A DNA stretch of 62,853 nucleotides, counting the filler, from Licmophora abbreviata (Eukaryota), in the NCBI GenBank assembly GCA_900291995.1. It is 8 parts of 8 records of this genome, joined end to end, with 100 filler letters (N's around TTAATTAATTAA, not from the genome) between each part and the next. Parts side by side here need not be neighbours in the genome. Positions count along the whole stretch, not along the records: positions 26,560 to 43,538 come from OLMU01000090.1; positions 43,639 to 62,853 come from OLMU01000091.1; 6 more parts are not named here. The stretch is one strand, 5' to 3'. The notes beneath the pieces are model-generated. The model made no database searches and was not told the origin of the DNA. It saw only the letters and a program-made list of their open reading frames with translations. Position 1 is the stretch's first letter; the number at the start of each line of letters is the position of its first letter. This document shows positions 34,867 to 49,519 of this stretch, piece after piece. The translations under genes were made by a program, and so were the position numbers.

Positions 34867-35890
34867 CTACAATGCTCGGTCAGCAAAGAAGTCCGACACG
34901 CCTTCTTCGTTGAGTAATGCCGGCGTAAAGTCCCACGAATATGAAGTCTCTGCCTCTGTCAGTCCCATCACCGTCTGTTTAGACTTATCTTGATCGGTCA
35001 GAAGGATATTGGGAGGAGTCGATCCTCTTGGTGGTAGTTGGTGGACACCAGCAGCTCCGACTGATTTGGACTCGTTGTCCGTGTCGGTTTGCAACAGGTA
35101 GACGCGAACTCTCTGATCCTCGGGAAGACGAGGCCGTTTTTGTGGAGGTTGCGATGTATCGTTTGTCGCCTTGCGCTTCTTATCAGCGTCGTCGTCGACA
35201 GTCTGCGCTATGGGCGTTGTAACCTTGTTGGAGATGTAGAGATGATACTGCGACTTTCCTGCTACGGTGCCATGGGTCGGATGCGGTACTTGCAGAATGC
35301 TACCCGGAGGCGCTCGAATGGCAAGAAAGGTCGGTCGATCCGTCTTGCTGCTACCTGCCACGTTGGGTTTGGACGACTGGAAGAGCGGCTCGCCCGGATA
35401 CTGAGTATTCATGGTCGAGAGAATGTCGTTCGCACTCATTGCGAGACTCTGGCTGTCTATAGACATGTCTCGCAGCTTGGCAATCCAGTAGTCCAGCATG
35501 GCTTCTTCTTCGTAGTAGCGTCCCACCTCTTGTCGCATGCAGTCGACACGCTCGCTGACACTGCTCGCATTCTCGTGTGCGCCTGCGCCTCTCCAGTGAA
35601 TGATGTTCTTGGTCCTCTTCTCGATGAGGCCGATTCCCTCCAGCACGTTGGTAATGTCGTAGATGCGGCGCTTATGAACGCCTAGTCTGTCGGCTGCCTC
35701 ATTGAGATCAATAGCACCACTGACAGAAGACTGTGATGGAGACGGTTGCATGTCACAGCACGCGGTGAGTCGACATGGAGCACAGACGCGCCGCGGCATT
35801 CTGTATAGACATGGAATTCAAGGGACGTACCTGAAGCAGATTCGTGAACTTGCGGGTCAATAGGCCCAGGGAAGAGTCGTGGCGAGACAT
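34867..35890 (-). CDS. E2F: E2F transcription factor, 2 exons
   Basis: [13 protein letters not shown]/..[40 protein letters not shown] marked box, C-terminal EGVSDFF Rb-binding-like motif. Confidence 0.95.
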
Positions 35891-36207
35891 GTTTCGAAGA
35901 AGAAGAGCCCGAAACGGGAGGCAGCGATGAGAGTTCAATGGGGCGGTGGAAGAACGGATAGATCTCGACGCGCGGTGGGTCCTCGGCGGCCGGTCGGAAT
36001 GCAGGCGATTTTCAAGCTTCAAACGCTAGACTCTTCTCAATCCAGCGAGACTACCAGGAAGAAAGACGATGAAGACGAGGTCGGAGTGTTTTACTCGTTC
36101 GTTCGCTGGTGAAACCTCGTCTTGTTGGGCATCGCTGCGCTGCGATGTGATCCCCGTCATCGTCGTCGCTTTTCGACGCGCCATCTCTCGAGAGATCCAG
36201 CGCTCGA

Positions 36208-36220
36208 TTTTCCCGCCAAA
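36208..36220. promoter_or_regulatory. Canonical E2F-binding site TTTTCCCGCCAAA ~320 bp upstream of the E2F gene
   Basis: Matches TTTSSCGC on + and TTTGGCGG on -; function inferred. Confidence 0.55.
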
Positions 36221-36295
36221 CGTTTGCGACTCCTGATTCCATCATTTGAACGCGTTCCCGTGCGCCTGCCGGCTCCATGATTGCGATGCTGCGTG

Positions 36296-36317
36296 CACAC
36301 ACACACACACACACACA
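36296..36317. repeat. (CA)n microsatellite
   Basis: About 11 CA units in the E2F/sulfotransferase divergent promoter. Confidence 0.9.
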
Positions 36318-36420
36318 TTAACGCGTTGGACACAACATCATTCAATCATGGCGGAGCTACATGAGTATGAAAGTGTTGTCGCATCGTGACTGTACTGCTT
36401 CATAAGCGAAGTGAGAAAGC

Positions 36421-37746
36421 ATGGCTTCCCCGTCCAAGAAGAGAAACGCTCCATGGACAGCGGCGACGACTTCCATCCACCGACGACGGGGAAGCTCCAT
36501 GATTGTCGCCGTCTTCACCCTTACTTTTCTCTTTGGCATGCTTCTCCGCCATGCTCGGTTGCACGATCCTCCTCTACGCTCAACACAACAGAAAGAACGG
36601 CACGGGTCAGTAGTGCAGTTCACCCTGGACGAGCAGTTTGACGGAGAAGGTCTGGACTTTGAGACTGAAATGACGAAATCGACCAAAAATCAGTTTGGGC
36701 ACAAGAGCAATCGAGACAAGTTCGACTTCACAGTGCACCAACCGGACCAAACCTTTGGAGAGATTGATCGCATGTGGCAGTGTCAAGATAACGACAGAGA
36801 AAAAGGACGAAGAAAGAAGCTTGCCTTTGTCCATACCTTCAAGACGGCCGGTTCTACGATCCGTGCTGTCCTGCAGGCTTACGCGCATCACTGCAACGCG
36901 GGTATCGCCGTCGTCGTGAGCTGCTCGACTCTTTCCTTGGATTCCATGCGAAGCGGCAAGTGGTTGAATAACCGAGGCCGGCGTTCTGGTAAAAGCTGCG
37001 CTCTCAGGGAGCTCGAGACACGGGACAACCAACAACTCGACGGGCGATATATCAATACAACCATCCTAGAACAGCACGCTGACATATTGGCGGGACATGC
37101 TCCACTGGGGAGCGATGCCGAATGGAAAGACGATCAAGGTCGACATGTCCCTGTCGCCTATTTCACCATGTTTCGCGACAGTGTTGACAAGTACGTTAGT
37201 GGCGTTCTGTTTAGCAACCGTGCCAAGAAACTCATGTTTAACGAAACGGTGGCCATGATCAAGAAGCGCGTGACGAACGATCGCAAATACGGAAAGTACT
37301 ACGAACGCTACAGTGCATATCTCATATCGCCGATTCAAATGGATGAATTCGCCAAGAATGAAGTATCATTCGGTCACGAGTCAGCTGCGAATCTGATCAT
37401 GTCCAATCTGGTCGATAACAACGTCATCATTGGGCTGGTTGAACGCATGTCCGAAACATTGGAGCTGCTACAGTATGCTATCGATTCCGACCGTTCGTTG
37501 AACGCCATGTTCCAATTCTTTGGCATGATAGACCAGAACGGTCAGACGAACGATCCTGTGAAAATCAACAAGTCGCAGCTATCGACTGCCGGCATCGTCG
37601 CCGAGCTAGAGAAGGACCCCGAGTTCATGAAGATGTTCCGAGAGTATGTCAAGTGGGACGAAAAGGTCAATGTCTTTGCACGTGATCTTCACATACGACA
37701 GTACCGATGGATGAAGCAGCAGACGTTGAGGAGAAGTTCCCGTTGA
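36421..37746 (+). CDS. Type II membrane (Golgi) carbohydrate sulfotransferase
   Basis: N-terminal TM; 5'-PSB FVHTFKTAGST; 3'-PB-like TMFRDSVDKYVS; IGLVERMSETL. Confidence 0.8.
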   Translation: MASPSKKRNAPWTAATTSIHRRRGSSMIVAVFTLTFLFGMLLRHARLHDPPLRSTQQKERHGSVVQFTLDEQFDGEGLDFETEMTKSTKNQFGHKSNRDKFDFTVHQPDQTFGEIDRMWQCQDNDREKGRRKKLAFVHTFKTAGSTIRAVLQAYAHHCNAGIAVVVSCSTLSLDSMRSGKWLNNRGRRSGKSCALRELETRDNQQLDGRYINTTILEQHADILAGHAPLGSDAEWKDDQGRHVPVAYFTMFRDSVDKYVSGVLFSNRAKKLMFNETVAMIKKRVTNDRKYGKYYERYSAYLISPIQMDEFAKNEVSFGHESAANLIMSNLVDNNVIIGLVERMSETLELLQYAIDSDRSLNAMFQFFGMIDQNGQTNDPVKINKSQLSTAGIVAELEKDPEFMKMFREYVKWDEKVNVFARDLHIRQYRWMKQQTLRRSSR

Positions 37747-37846
37747 ATTCACGAATAGTATCCATTCGTCAAGAAGTGCGAATCGTAGTTGTAGGACCAT
37801 GTACTTATTATAAGTCGCTATTACGCGTCTACTCGCTCACACAGAG

Positions 37847-40177
37847 TTACACCTCGACCCCCATGATTTTTGCCACCTGTGGCATGTCCTTGTCGCCGCG
37901 GCCACTCATGTTGATCACCAAATCCTTGCCCTTTCCAAGCTTCTTCGCAAGTTTGACAGCGTAGTAGATGGCATGACTTGTCTCCAACGCAGGGATGATG
38001 CCTTCGTACTCGCACATGAGCTTGAAGCCCTCGAGAGCTTCATTGTCAGTGACGGCCTCGTATGTCGCCCGCTTTGTGTCCTTTAGATAGGCATGTTCCG
38101 GACCAACGCCAGGGTAGTCGAGTCCAGCAGAGATAGAGTGTGTGTTGAGTGTCTGTCCAGATTTCTCCTGAATGACGTACGTCAGAGCACCCTGAAGGAC
38201 GCCTGGAGTTCCTTTGGTCAAAGTAGCGCAGTGTTCTTCGTCCTTGTCTATGCCATATCCAGCGGCCTCCACACCATACAGAGCAACACCTTCGTCTTCC
38301 ATGAAAGGGTAGAATGCACCAATTGCATTGGAGCCACCGCCAACGCAAGCAACGACGGCATCAGGCAGCTTTCCCGTCTTGTCGAGCATCTGTTCCCGCA
38401 TCTCACGCCCCATGACACTTTGGAAGTCCCGCACGATCGTAGGGAACGGATGGGGACCGACGGCAGATCCGATGAGGTAGTGAGTATCGCGTACGTTCGT
38501 CACCCAGTCACGCATAGCTTCGTTGATGGCATCCTTGAGCGTACGTTGTCCATCCTGCACAGGCACAACCTTTGCTCCCAGAGTGTTCATTCGGAACACA
38601 TTCAACTTTTGTCGCTCGCAGTCAACTGCGCCCATGTATACGGTACAGTCGAGCCCAAGCATTGCACACACAGTCGCCGTCGCCACTCCGTGCTGCCCAG
38701 CTCCAGTTTCGGCAATGATACGTGGTTTTCCAATACGTTTGGCGAGCAAGGCCTGCCCGATTGCATTGTTAATTTTATGTGCTCCAGTGTGTGCAAGATC
38801 TTCTCGCTTCAACCAAATGTTGGCCCCACCAGCGTATTCGGTAAGCCGAGTGGCGAGATGAAGCGGTGTCGGGCCACCGACGAAATCCCGTCGGTATCGA
38901 TCGAGCTCCGCCAAAAAATCAGGGTCGTTCTTGATCTCATCGTACTTCTCCTCAATTTCTCCAAAGGCAACTGACAGTGTCTCCGGAATGTACTGACCAC
39001 CAAATTGACCGAAGCGGGTGCGCGCGCCATCCGCAGCCGATTTCTTGGGCACGTGCCCAAGTGCCGTCGCCTGGTTGCTGGCACTATCCGCCTGTTTCAC
39101 TCCCGAGACTAGGTGCGACACAATCTCACGCACAGCCGCAGCGCGCTCCTCAGTGGAAGCGTCCTCACCGGCTTTGTCCATCGCCTTGAGAATGGCGCTT
39201 CCAACGACAACACCATCACTGATATTAGCAACACCCTGAACCATGTCGGGATTGGAAATACCGAAACCGACGGCAAGGGGCAAGTCCGTCTTGGAACGAA
39301 CTCGAGAAATGAAGTCCTCCAAGTCTTCCGGAAGAGCATCTCGAGCACCGGTAACACCAGTCACAGAAACACAGTACAAGAAGGTCGAGGCCATGTCGGT
39401 CAAATAACCAATACGTTCATCACTGCTCGTCGGGGCCACCAAAGGAATATTCGACAAGCCATTCTCGATGCAAGCTTTGTTCAATGCGATTCCTTCCTCC
39501 GGTGGAAGATCGACAACAATGAATCCGTCGGCGCCCGCAGCCTTGGTTTCTTCACATAGCTGTTCGACGCCATACTGGAAAAAGGGATTATAGTACCCCA
39601 TAAGAACAACAGGTATAGTAAGGCCCATTTCACGAGCCTTCTTGACCATCTCCAGGCACTGAGGGATCTCAGACGTTCCACCTTTGATGGCCACTTGGTT
39701 GGTATGTTGAATGGTCGCTCCATCGGCCTGCGGATCCGTGTACGGGATACCCAACTCAATCACTGCCGCTCCACCCTCCTGCATGGCCAACAGAACAGCG
39801 GGAGTATCTAAAAAAAGTGAATACAGAAAGAGTCAGTTTCCTATGTCCACTTGGGTTCCTCATCGATGTAATTGTTCCGTTTCTCGATTCGTACCTTGAG
39901 CTGAGGGGTATCCAGCAGTGACGAACGTGATAAAAGCGGCTTCTCCCCGCTGCTTGGCAGCCTCAAAGGCATCCTCGATGCGTCCTCCGATTCCACGCTC
40001 CATATCTTCCACAGATTTTGGCGGCTGCACAGAGGCGACTTTCAAAGAAGTTGACGGTGACGACGAACGTGCCACACTGCGAACTCCAAATTTGGAAGAA
40101 AATGCACTAGTTGAAGGAAGCACGCCAGAAGAGCCCAAGCAAACAAGTAGGGTCAGCGCTGCACGGTACAGATACAT
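37847..40177 (-). CDS. trpAB: Plastid-targeted fused tryptophan synthase alpha+beta, 2 exons (intron ~39894-39809)
   Basis: Signal ...STSA-F; alpha [14 protein letters not shown]; beta [49 protein letters not shown]. Confidence 0.97.
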
Positions 40178-40724
40178 TCTCTTCGGACAACCAACAACAC
40201 GATAGTCTTTCTCAAGACGAGAGTATTAAAGATCTATCGCGCTGCACTATGAACTTTCGTTGTTTGTGACGCGGTGGCGCAACGAAGAAAAAGGCGCGAA
40301 GCGTGTGATGGACGGCTGTTGGCGCGCCAAAGATACGGACGTTGGATATGTACTGATTCCAACGTAGAAGTTGAAGTTGAGTTTGAAGAGTCTGGCCTTC
40401 CTACCGTATACCTGGTAGACTTGGAGGAATGAATGGAATGAATCAATCTGTCTGTCGACGACGTGATGTGAGTGGTGAATATAGACGCAGGGAAGCTATC
40501 CATCAATTTTCCGCAACGACAGGCTATGGTGCCGGAGAGACAGCTTTGGAACAATGGGGGTATAGCGATATGACTAATAATAAGTAGACTACTAGAGAGA
40601 GTAGACAAGCTCGCATGGACGAATGTTACGTTGTCGATTCATCACAGCTGTCTTGCTCTTTGTAGCTGAGGCTTGATTCATCGTTGTTTGTGTTGAGCTT
40701 CCTATGGTGCTATCTCCATAGCCT

Positions 40725-41581
40725 TTACATGCCAAACGGATTGTTGTCCTTCTTGTCGATTCCGCCTCTACGGCCCGGCTTCTTGTTCAACATAAGGTCC
40801 CAAACATTGGGCATCTCAATCGTTTCCTGTCTTGACTTTTTAATTGGGGTCGGGTCGAGGTCTCCCTTCATGACACCGTAAGCCACTCGAATACCAAGCA
40901 ACAGAATTCCTAGTCCTGTCACGCCGAAAAAGCCACTCGCCAACGAGACCATTCCAATGACTACATTTCGAAATACAGACGTCACCCGTCCCACAAAGTA
41001 GATATCGCTTTCAATTGGATGCATCGCAAAGTATTCCGCAACAAAGTTTGTCAAGAACCATAAACCTGCTGCCCCCGCCAAAGCAAATACGCCCCCTCCC
41101 AGGGCAACCAGTGGGTTGACTCCGTTCAGATTTCGGGCCTCCTCAATGGCCGCCCGCCTGTCCTCTTCACTTTTCTCGGTTCGAAAGGCATCCAGACCCA
41201 GTTCTTTCCAACAGCAGAGCGAGCGCCCTTTGTTTCCATATCTTTTGCTTCTTGCAGCTCCGCCATGAGTCGCTCATTGATTGTGTTGGTCGCCGCTGAG
41301 CCTTGCTCGCCTGTTGATTCGTCGTCTTGCTCGGAAGCAGTATCTGCAACACCGTCGCCTGATGGTTTGTCTTGGGATGCTGAGGGAGTAAGCCCTTGCC
41401 TTGGATCCACAGCGCGGATCAAGCTCCCGCGTGACGGGGAGAGGAATCTAGCTGCCGCTGTTGACTGACGGGCAATGCACGACGATCGAGGGCCGCCAAG
41501 TTGGAACGCGTCGGCAGCTGTCGAGAAGAGCCCAACACCCACGATCATTGACATAATTCTGCATCTACCAGCTCGTCTCAT
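40725..41581 (-). CDS. Plastid-targeted DUF3082-like membrane protein; apparent 1-bp frameshift ~41202
   Basis: Signal ...AADA-F; C-terminal RNVVIGMVSLASGFFGVTGLGILLLG; adding one A joins the two ORFs. Confidence 0.7.
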
Positions 41582-41986
41582 TGTGGCCACGTGCGCTGGC
41601 GGAAGCCGTGCCGTCTCTTCAGATCTGAGACCAACTGCGATAATGGATCTCGTAGCCATACCGCCATTTGTTCTTTGGGCCGCCATGTCTTCTGATGTCT
41701 CATCCGCCGCGCAGCGCCGTCGCGATCCGCGCCGCGATCACAGCATTCTCGCCGGTGCTGTGCCTGACAGCCCTTCAAATTGATGGGTTATGAATATCCA
41801 TGCCATGTCAGGCCGACTTTAAACTGTCGGTATTAGTCTCTCGGAATGACTCGACTTGTGTTGCCACAGCTACACAGACTTACTCCCCTTCAAGGACGAC
41901 ATGCTTCATGCAATTGGGTGCGAGCACTATTTTACTCTGAGCTGGACTCTCTAGTAGCTCTAAGTCGACTTACTGAACATGCCATC

Positions 41987-42964
41987 TCAAGTTATCTTGG
42001 CGTTGGAAAAATCCATGTCAGGATGCTGCTTCTTGAACTTTTCGAGCATGTCCCACTTCTTCTGCTCATCGCTAGTTGGCAAGCCTATTGCCTTTTGTCG
42101 TTGATCAAACATCATTTTCTCGACAGTCTGTCGCGTCTCACCGTCCAGGTCACCCAGTTGGGAGCTTTCCGGTTGAATCTTTGTGATATCAATCTTGGGG
42201 TCGCCCTCGCAAACTCCGTCCCACCATTCCATCTGATTGAGCTTCTGTAGATTAAGGACGAGTCGGTTGGCGTCTTCTACTGTCCAGAATGAGTCGTCAA
42301 CGATGATGGATTTTACCAGAGGAGCGTTCACGATCCATGTTCCAGGCTTCGACTTTAGGCCGACCTTCAAGTGACTTTTCCCCATGGTCACGTTCAAATC
42401 TCGACCCCTCGTATGTTCAGGGAGAGGGACAATAACATTCACTTCCTGAAGGGTCTGCGTCCACGTGTACTTGCTATCCACGGTGCCACCATTCCCGACG
42501 GGAGGAGGGTCATTCGCTTTCTTGTCGACGTCCATGACTTGTTCTTCAGGAGGCGCGGCTTCCACTGGAGACTCTGACACTGGCTTCTCTGTCGATATAG
42601 AAGAAACATCCACAGGACTAGCGTCGAAACCTCCGTCCTGCCCGAGCTCGAACACATCTTCTTGGTCCTTCTTCTTGGTAGCAGTTGGCTTTGTCAACTT
42701 TTTGGCGGCCGCCTTTTCGTCCTTCTTGGCTTGTTCGGTCTTGTATAGGTCCGCATGCTTATTCAGCACATCATGAACCTTTTGTATGGCTGCGTCAGTT
42801 CCCTTTTCTCCGCTCATTCCGGGAGGACCGGCGAAAAAGTCCGTCTTGCGTCGCAGAAACGAAAAGACGCTGTCCAGCAGTGGCTCAATGCCACGCGTTG
42901 TGTTGGCTACATTCAAGTACAGCCCATCGAACCTATCATCATCCATGAAGGGTGAAGATGACAT
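41987..42964 (-). CDS. NUDC: Nuclear distribution protein C (NudC)
   Basis: FDGLYL..GIEPLLDSVFSFLRRKTDFF, GNGG...YTWTQTLQEV, EWW, LDGETRQTVEKMMFDQRQK..GLPTSDEQ, FKKQHPDMDFSNAK. Confidence 0.95.
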   Translation of the reverse strand: MSSSPFMDDDRFDGLYLNVANTTRGIEPLLDSVFSFLRRKTDFFAGPPGMSGEKGTDAAIQKVHDVLNKHADLYKTEQAKKDEKAAAKKLTKPTATKKKDQEDVFELGQDGGFDASPVDVSSISTEKPVSESPVEAAPPEEQVMDVDKKANDPPPVGNGGTVDSKYTWTQTLQEVNVIVPLPEHTRGRDLNVTMGKSHLKVGLKSKPGTWIVNAPLVKSIIVDDSFWTVEDANRLVLNLQKLNQMEWWDGVCEGDPKIDITKIQPESSQLGDLDGETRQTVEKMMFDQRQKAIGLPTSDEQKKWDMLEKFKKQHPDMDFSNAKIT

Positions 42965-43335
42965 GCTGGCGCTAGAAGAGGAATAGAATAGAGAGCAGGT
43001 CGATGGAAACTTCCCAATCAACCAGACACCGGCGACTCGGGTCAACATTTGTCCATGGTCGTCGCCGCCGCGCGTAGCACCGAGCACGTATCATCCGCAA
43101 AACCTCGTGGCGCGCGTCGACTCCTTCGACTAACAAAGGCATTTTGCAAAAATGAACCACGTTGAACGAAGTTCAGAGGTCGTTACCAGGTACAATATAT
43201 GGACTGTCCCTACCATCTTTGTCTGTTTTCAGGGTTAAGGATAGGAAGGCACGAGAGGGAAGAAACGTTAAGACGATGTACAGTGAGTTATATTTAGGAC
43301 ATCACATCGGGGTTGAACGATCGTCCCGTGCGTAC

Positions 43336-45324
<1,989 letters not shown>

Positions 45325-45733
45325 GGGCGCAGCAGCTCGTCTCCTTGCCTCCATCCACAGCAAAACAAACAGCCACTGATGCAAAGAACAAAAGTAATCC
45401 GCCAATGGCTGATGGAATGTGAAGAATGCCAACATCAACCGAAAAACTGATGGATCTCGCGAATTGCGCGCCCTTTTGGACAAGCGGCCAGGCCAAAGTG
45501 CGTCAGCGCCTTCCATTGTGCTTCCACCTGGCACTCAAGACGTGCACATCAATCACAGCCGGAATGAACGAATCTGCCCTCTATTTGGATTGGTGTTTCA
45601 CTCTGAGGTTGTCGCGGCATTCAACTTTTGCTCAGTGTGCTTACAGTTTGATCTCTTGTTGCTCGCATGCACCTGAAGCATCGACAGGAACTCGTCGTGT
45701 CAATTTGAAAAGGAAAAGCTATCACAGAACAGA

Positions 45734-47062
45734 ATGAGTGAACAACAAGCTGGCGGCGGGGACGACCTTTCGGGTCTCACGGGATTCTTCTTTTACGTCT
45801 TTATCGTCCATCCCTGTACGGCATGGATATTGCGACCTGGTCGTTTCGAACGAAAGAAGAGTATCATGTACGCAATTGCCTTTCTCGCGGCTCTCGCAGC
45901 CATCAAGACAGGTCAGTGATGTTATGTGCGTGCAACAGCTCGGCATCTTGGGCGAGGAGCGGCATGTCAGTTTCTTTCGTCTCTGTTACGCAAACCAACC
46001 TTTAAACGTTACAAAAGGCTTGTTCCGTCGCCCCAACGTTGCTCGTATCAGCTAGGGCCATGTCTTAACTCACACTTTCAGCTGCCTGAGTTGCATTTCC
46101 ACGTGGAAGTCGGCATATCGTTGTCAACTGCTATCCACTGCCTCCCTAACCTTGCTCGTGTCATTCCCTGTATTATTCCAGGGCTTGAAATGCAAGCCAG
46201 AGGGCCTAACCACTATGCAAAGTTGGGTGTGACACGTTCGTCCAATCCTCTGGAGATTAAGCGAGCCTACAAGAAACTAAGTCTTCAGCTTCACCCAGAT
46301 AAGAATCCCAGTCCGGACGCTGTGGAGCAGTTTGACGCGGTCAAGCAAGCTTACGATACATTGATGGATATGGAGCTACGAGATGTCTACAACAAGTTTG
46401 GAAAGGAGGGTGTAGATTCTAACAAGCGATACAACGAGACACAATTCTTGCTTGAGGTCGGTATCTTTTACGTGACGTGGGGCATGATGGTTTTCATGTT
46501 GACGTTGGGGAAGAAGAGTGGCGAAGCGCGGAACTGGACCTTTACAGGTCTGGTCGTCATGCTGGTAGTGGAAATAACACTCATGTCGTCTCAGACAAAT
46601 CCTCTTCCGACGGGGCTGTTCCCGCAGATGACAGAGTACGAAATTGTGTGGTTATTGCATTCTCTATTTCCCGCATTCATGAATGGCTGTCGATCCCTTG
46701 GAGCATTCTTGTACGTTGACTTTGATGCACATACACGACTGCTACTGCTAGCGCTGCAGGAGCAGGGCAAAGACATCCTACTGGTGCTTCGCGACGTCCA
46801 GATTGGCATCCAGTCGATCCAGGCCAGCGGCGGTGGTGGAGGCAGTCGTCTCGCCGGTGCCGCTCCGGTGCCCACTGGGGGTCCTTTGCCTCGTGCGACG
46901 GCTACTGGCAAGCTCAAGGAGCTGCAAGATCGCTTGCAGACGTCCAACACGAACGTCGCGCAGGCTGTTCAAGGGCTCAAGGGAGAGAGTAACTCGTCTT
47001 CATCAATGGGCTTCTATCTCATGATTCTGGGGTATATTGTCATCGCCTATCTATTCAACTAA
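45734..47062 (+). CDS. Membrane-bound DnaJ (J-domain) protein, 2 exons (intron ~45912-46180)
   Basis: HYAKLGV..EIKRAYKKLSLQLHPDKN; multiple TM segments. Confidence 0.9.
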
Positions 47063-47134
47063 GCGCAAACGGTGTAGAACATTGAATTTGGCCATTGAGT
47101 GTAGCTAGTATTCATACCGCACACCGTCCATTAT

Positions 47135-47635
47135 TTACTTGGCGCCACTCTGCTTGAGCTGTTCTCCAACGAAAGCCATCATGTTCTTTTGCGCGTCCGC
47201 TCGACCTTTCTTGGCTCCTTCGCCGGCTGACTTGAGTGCTTCCATGACTTCCTTGGCCACAGTCTCCTTGCCCTTTGCCTTTCCAGCTTCCGTAATCACC
47301 ACTTTCAACGTCTTGGGAGGATTGTGGCCATCGCGTTCCACCTTTATGTCATCGTCGCCACCGACAAGTCGTAGAGCATCCAGCTCCTCCGTGAGTTTCG
47401 TACGAGCGGTGACCCCGAGCTTATATTCGTCCACAGACATTCCCATGGCCTTGGCAGCTTGCTCCATCTTCTGTTCCTGTTCCTCGTCCATCGGTTCGCC
47501 GACACCGCCCGATCCTCCAAACATGAACCGCTTGGGTGATGTCGAGGCAGTGAGCGCCGCAGGACGTATCACTGCTGGTGCAAAGGCTGTCACCGACGAC
47601 ATGAGCAAAGCAGAGACGGCGAGAGATGTCTTCAT
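47135..47635 (-). CDS. Plastid-targeted YbaB/EbfC-like protein
   Basis: Signal ...SSVTA-FAP; 'GGDDDIKVERDG...KVVITE...EVMEALKSA' resembles the YbaB fold. Confidence 0.6.
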   Translation of the reverse strand: MKTSLAVSALLMSSVTAFAPAVIRPAALTASTSPKRFMFGGSGGVGEPMDEEQEQKMEQAAKAMGMSVDEYKLGVTARTKLTEELDALRLVGGDDDIKVERDGHNPPKTLKVVITEAGKAKGKETVAKEVMEALKSAGEGAKKGRADAQKNMMAFVGEQLKQSGAK

Positions 47636-47641
47636 TGTGTG

Positions 47642-47661
47642 GGTCGGTCGGTCGGTCGGTC
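47642..47661. repeat. (GGTC)5 microsatellite just upstream of the YbaB-like start
   Basis: Read directly from sequence. Confidence 0.9.
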
Positions 47662-48152
47662 GTAAGTGCAAAGATAAGTAGCACAGGCGTCGCTGTTGTT
47701 GTGTGTGTTGAAGTCAAGGAATGTGATCTCGATGTTACTACGAAGTATATCGTCGCGGCGTCTCGAGATTGATGGCCACACTCTTCCGTTCCACGGGGAA
47801 GTTCAATGTGCACGGCGCTCATCAAATCTGTGTCAGTCTGACTGTCGCCGAAGGTTTGGAGTTCGTATCGATGTCACAGCGACACACCCATTTTTTTGGG
47901 ACGAGATGCTGAAAGAATCGAAATTGGTGTAATCGGCGGCATCTCTCTCATGGCAGCACTGTCGACGGATGAACACAGCGCTTTCCTTTCCGCCGGAGCG
48001 TCTTTGATCGATCATATTGATACTCGAGATACTCGAGAAGAACGGCATCTATCGATAGGACTCTGTGATCCCTGAGTCGTTTCCAGACTTTCCTCAGTCC
48101 AAAATAGCGTCTGTACAAAGAGCGTCCATCAGACACCGCCGGCGGCACGACA

Positions 48153-49519
48153 ATGGTTCTCAAACGAAAGAATACGAGCGGCATTCTGGAAGATCCCGAG
48201 GATCTCGGGGCTCCAATAGTCGAAGAACCAGAAGAGCGAGAAGAGGAGAAAATGGCTGGTATCCATAAACTCCCAACCGAACTACGCAGCTTGTTGTCTG
48301 GCGGCATCGCGGGAATGGCTGCCAAGAGCGTCGTTGCACCGATCGATCGCATCAAGATTCTCTACCAAATATCAGCGGCTGAGTTTCGTCTTCGACAAGT
48401 TCCAGGTGTCGCCTATTCCATTGTACAAAATGAAGGAGTGGCAGCCTTATGGAAGGGAAATACAGCGACGATGGTATGATCTAGTGCTCGTGAATCACTC
48501 AACTGTGTTTGACCACTCCTCGTCGTGGTCTCATGCATCCCTCCTCTAATTTGCTTTCTCTACGTAGATTCGAGTCTTTCCTTATGCTGGAATTCAGTTT
48601 ATGGTATTTGATCGGTGTAAAGCCTATATACTGCTGCAGCATGAACATGGACGACTGCACGGGACTCATGATCCGAACCAGCCCTGGGGACTATCGCCAT
48701 TGGAAAGTCTCATGGCGGGATCCTTGGCGGGGGCCACTTCAGTGGTGGCGACGTATCCACTGGATTTGACCCGTGCACAGCTGGCTGTTGTAAAGAAGAA
48801 GCGGCATTCTCACAATTTGGGATTCGCTGCTATGCTCATGAAGAATTATATAGATCGAGTAAGCAGTGCATGGAGACCGAGACGATGTACGACATCATAC
48901 ACCATCATGTGCTCATCTCACAATCCTTTTGTGTCATAGGGAGCGGCTGGCCTCTTCCGAGGGTTATCACCTACAATTCTCGGAGTACTTCCATATTCGG
49001 GCATTGCATATGCGCTCAACGAACAAGCAAAGAGACGGGTACGAAGGTCGTTGCCATTGAATGTGTTTGTCTGTGTTGCCTTTACTGCGTGACTTACGCG
49101 TTGCTTCTCCTTCGTCGTAGATACACAACACAATGGGACGTGAGCCGACCACGGTGGAGAAAATGCAGTGTGGTGCCCTCTCGGGCCTCTTGGCACAAAC
49201 GACGACATATCCATTTGAAGTTACGCGAAGGAGGATGCAAACGATTGGGCTGGTGCCGACACAGGGGGAAGAGGCGGCCGTCAAGGCTTTGGGTGTCAAT
49301 AGTAGTCAACCTGCGGCGGATCGTCCGGTGTCGATGATCGCAACAATGCGTCATTTATTCCACGAGCAAGGGGCTCGAGGTTTCTTCAAAGGCGTTACCA
49401 TGAACTGGATGAAGGGTCCTGTTGCCTTCTCCATCAGTTTCACGACATTTGACACAGTGCAAGCGTTCATGCTGACAGAAGAGGAAAGACGGCTGCGCAA
49501 GCCAACCGCGAGGCACTGA
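48153..49519 (+). CDS. Mitochondrial carrier (SLC25; CoA-transporter Leu5/SLC25A42-like), 4 exons
   Basis: PIDRIKI, LWKGN..T/IRVFPYAGIQF, YPLDLTRA, PYSGI, YPFEVTRRRMQ, KGPVAFSISF. Confidence 0.9.

Noticed and set aside
37847..40177. TrpA-TrpB fusion as a novelty
   Set aside because: Fused tryptophan synthase is already known from diatoms and fungi.
19640..41215. Programmed ribosomal frameshifting at the three frame breaks
   Set aside because: All are single-base differences in short homopolymers of unrelated genes with no shared slippery motif; sequencing error is more parsimonious.
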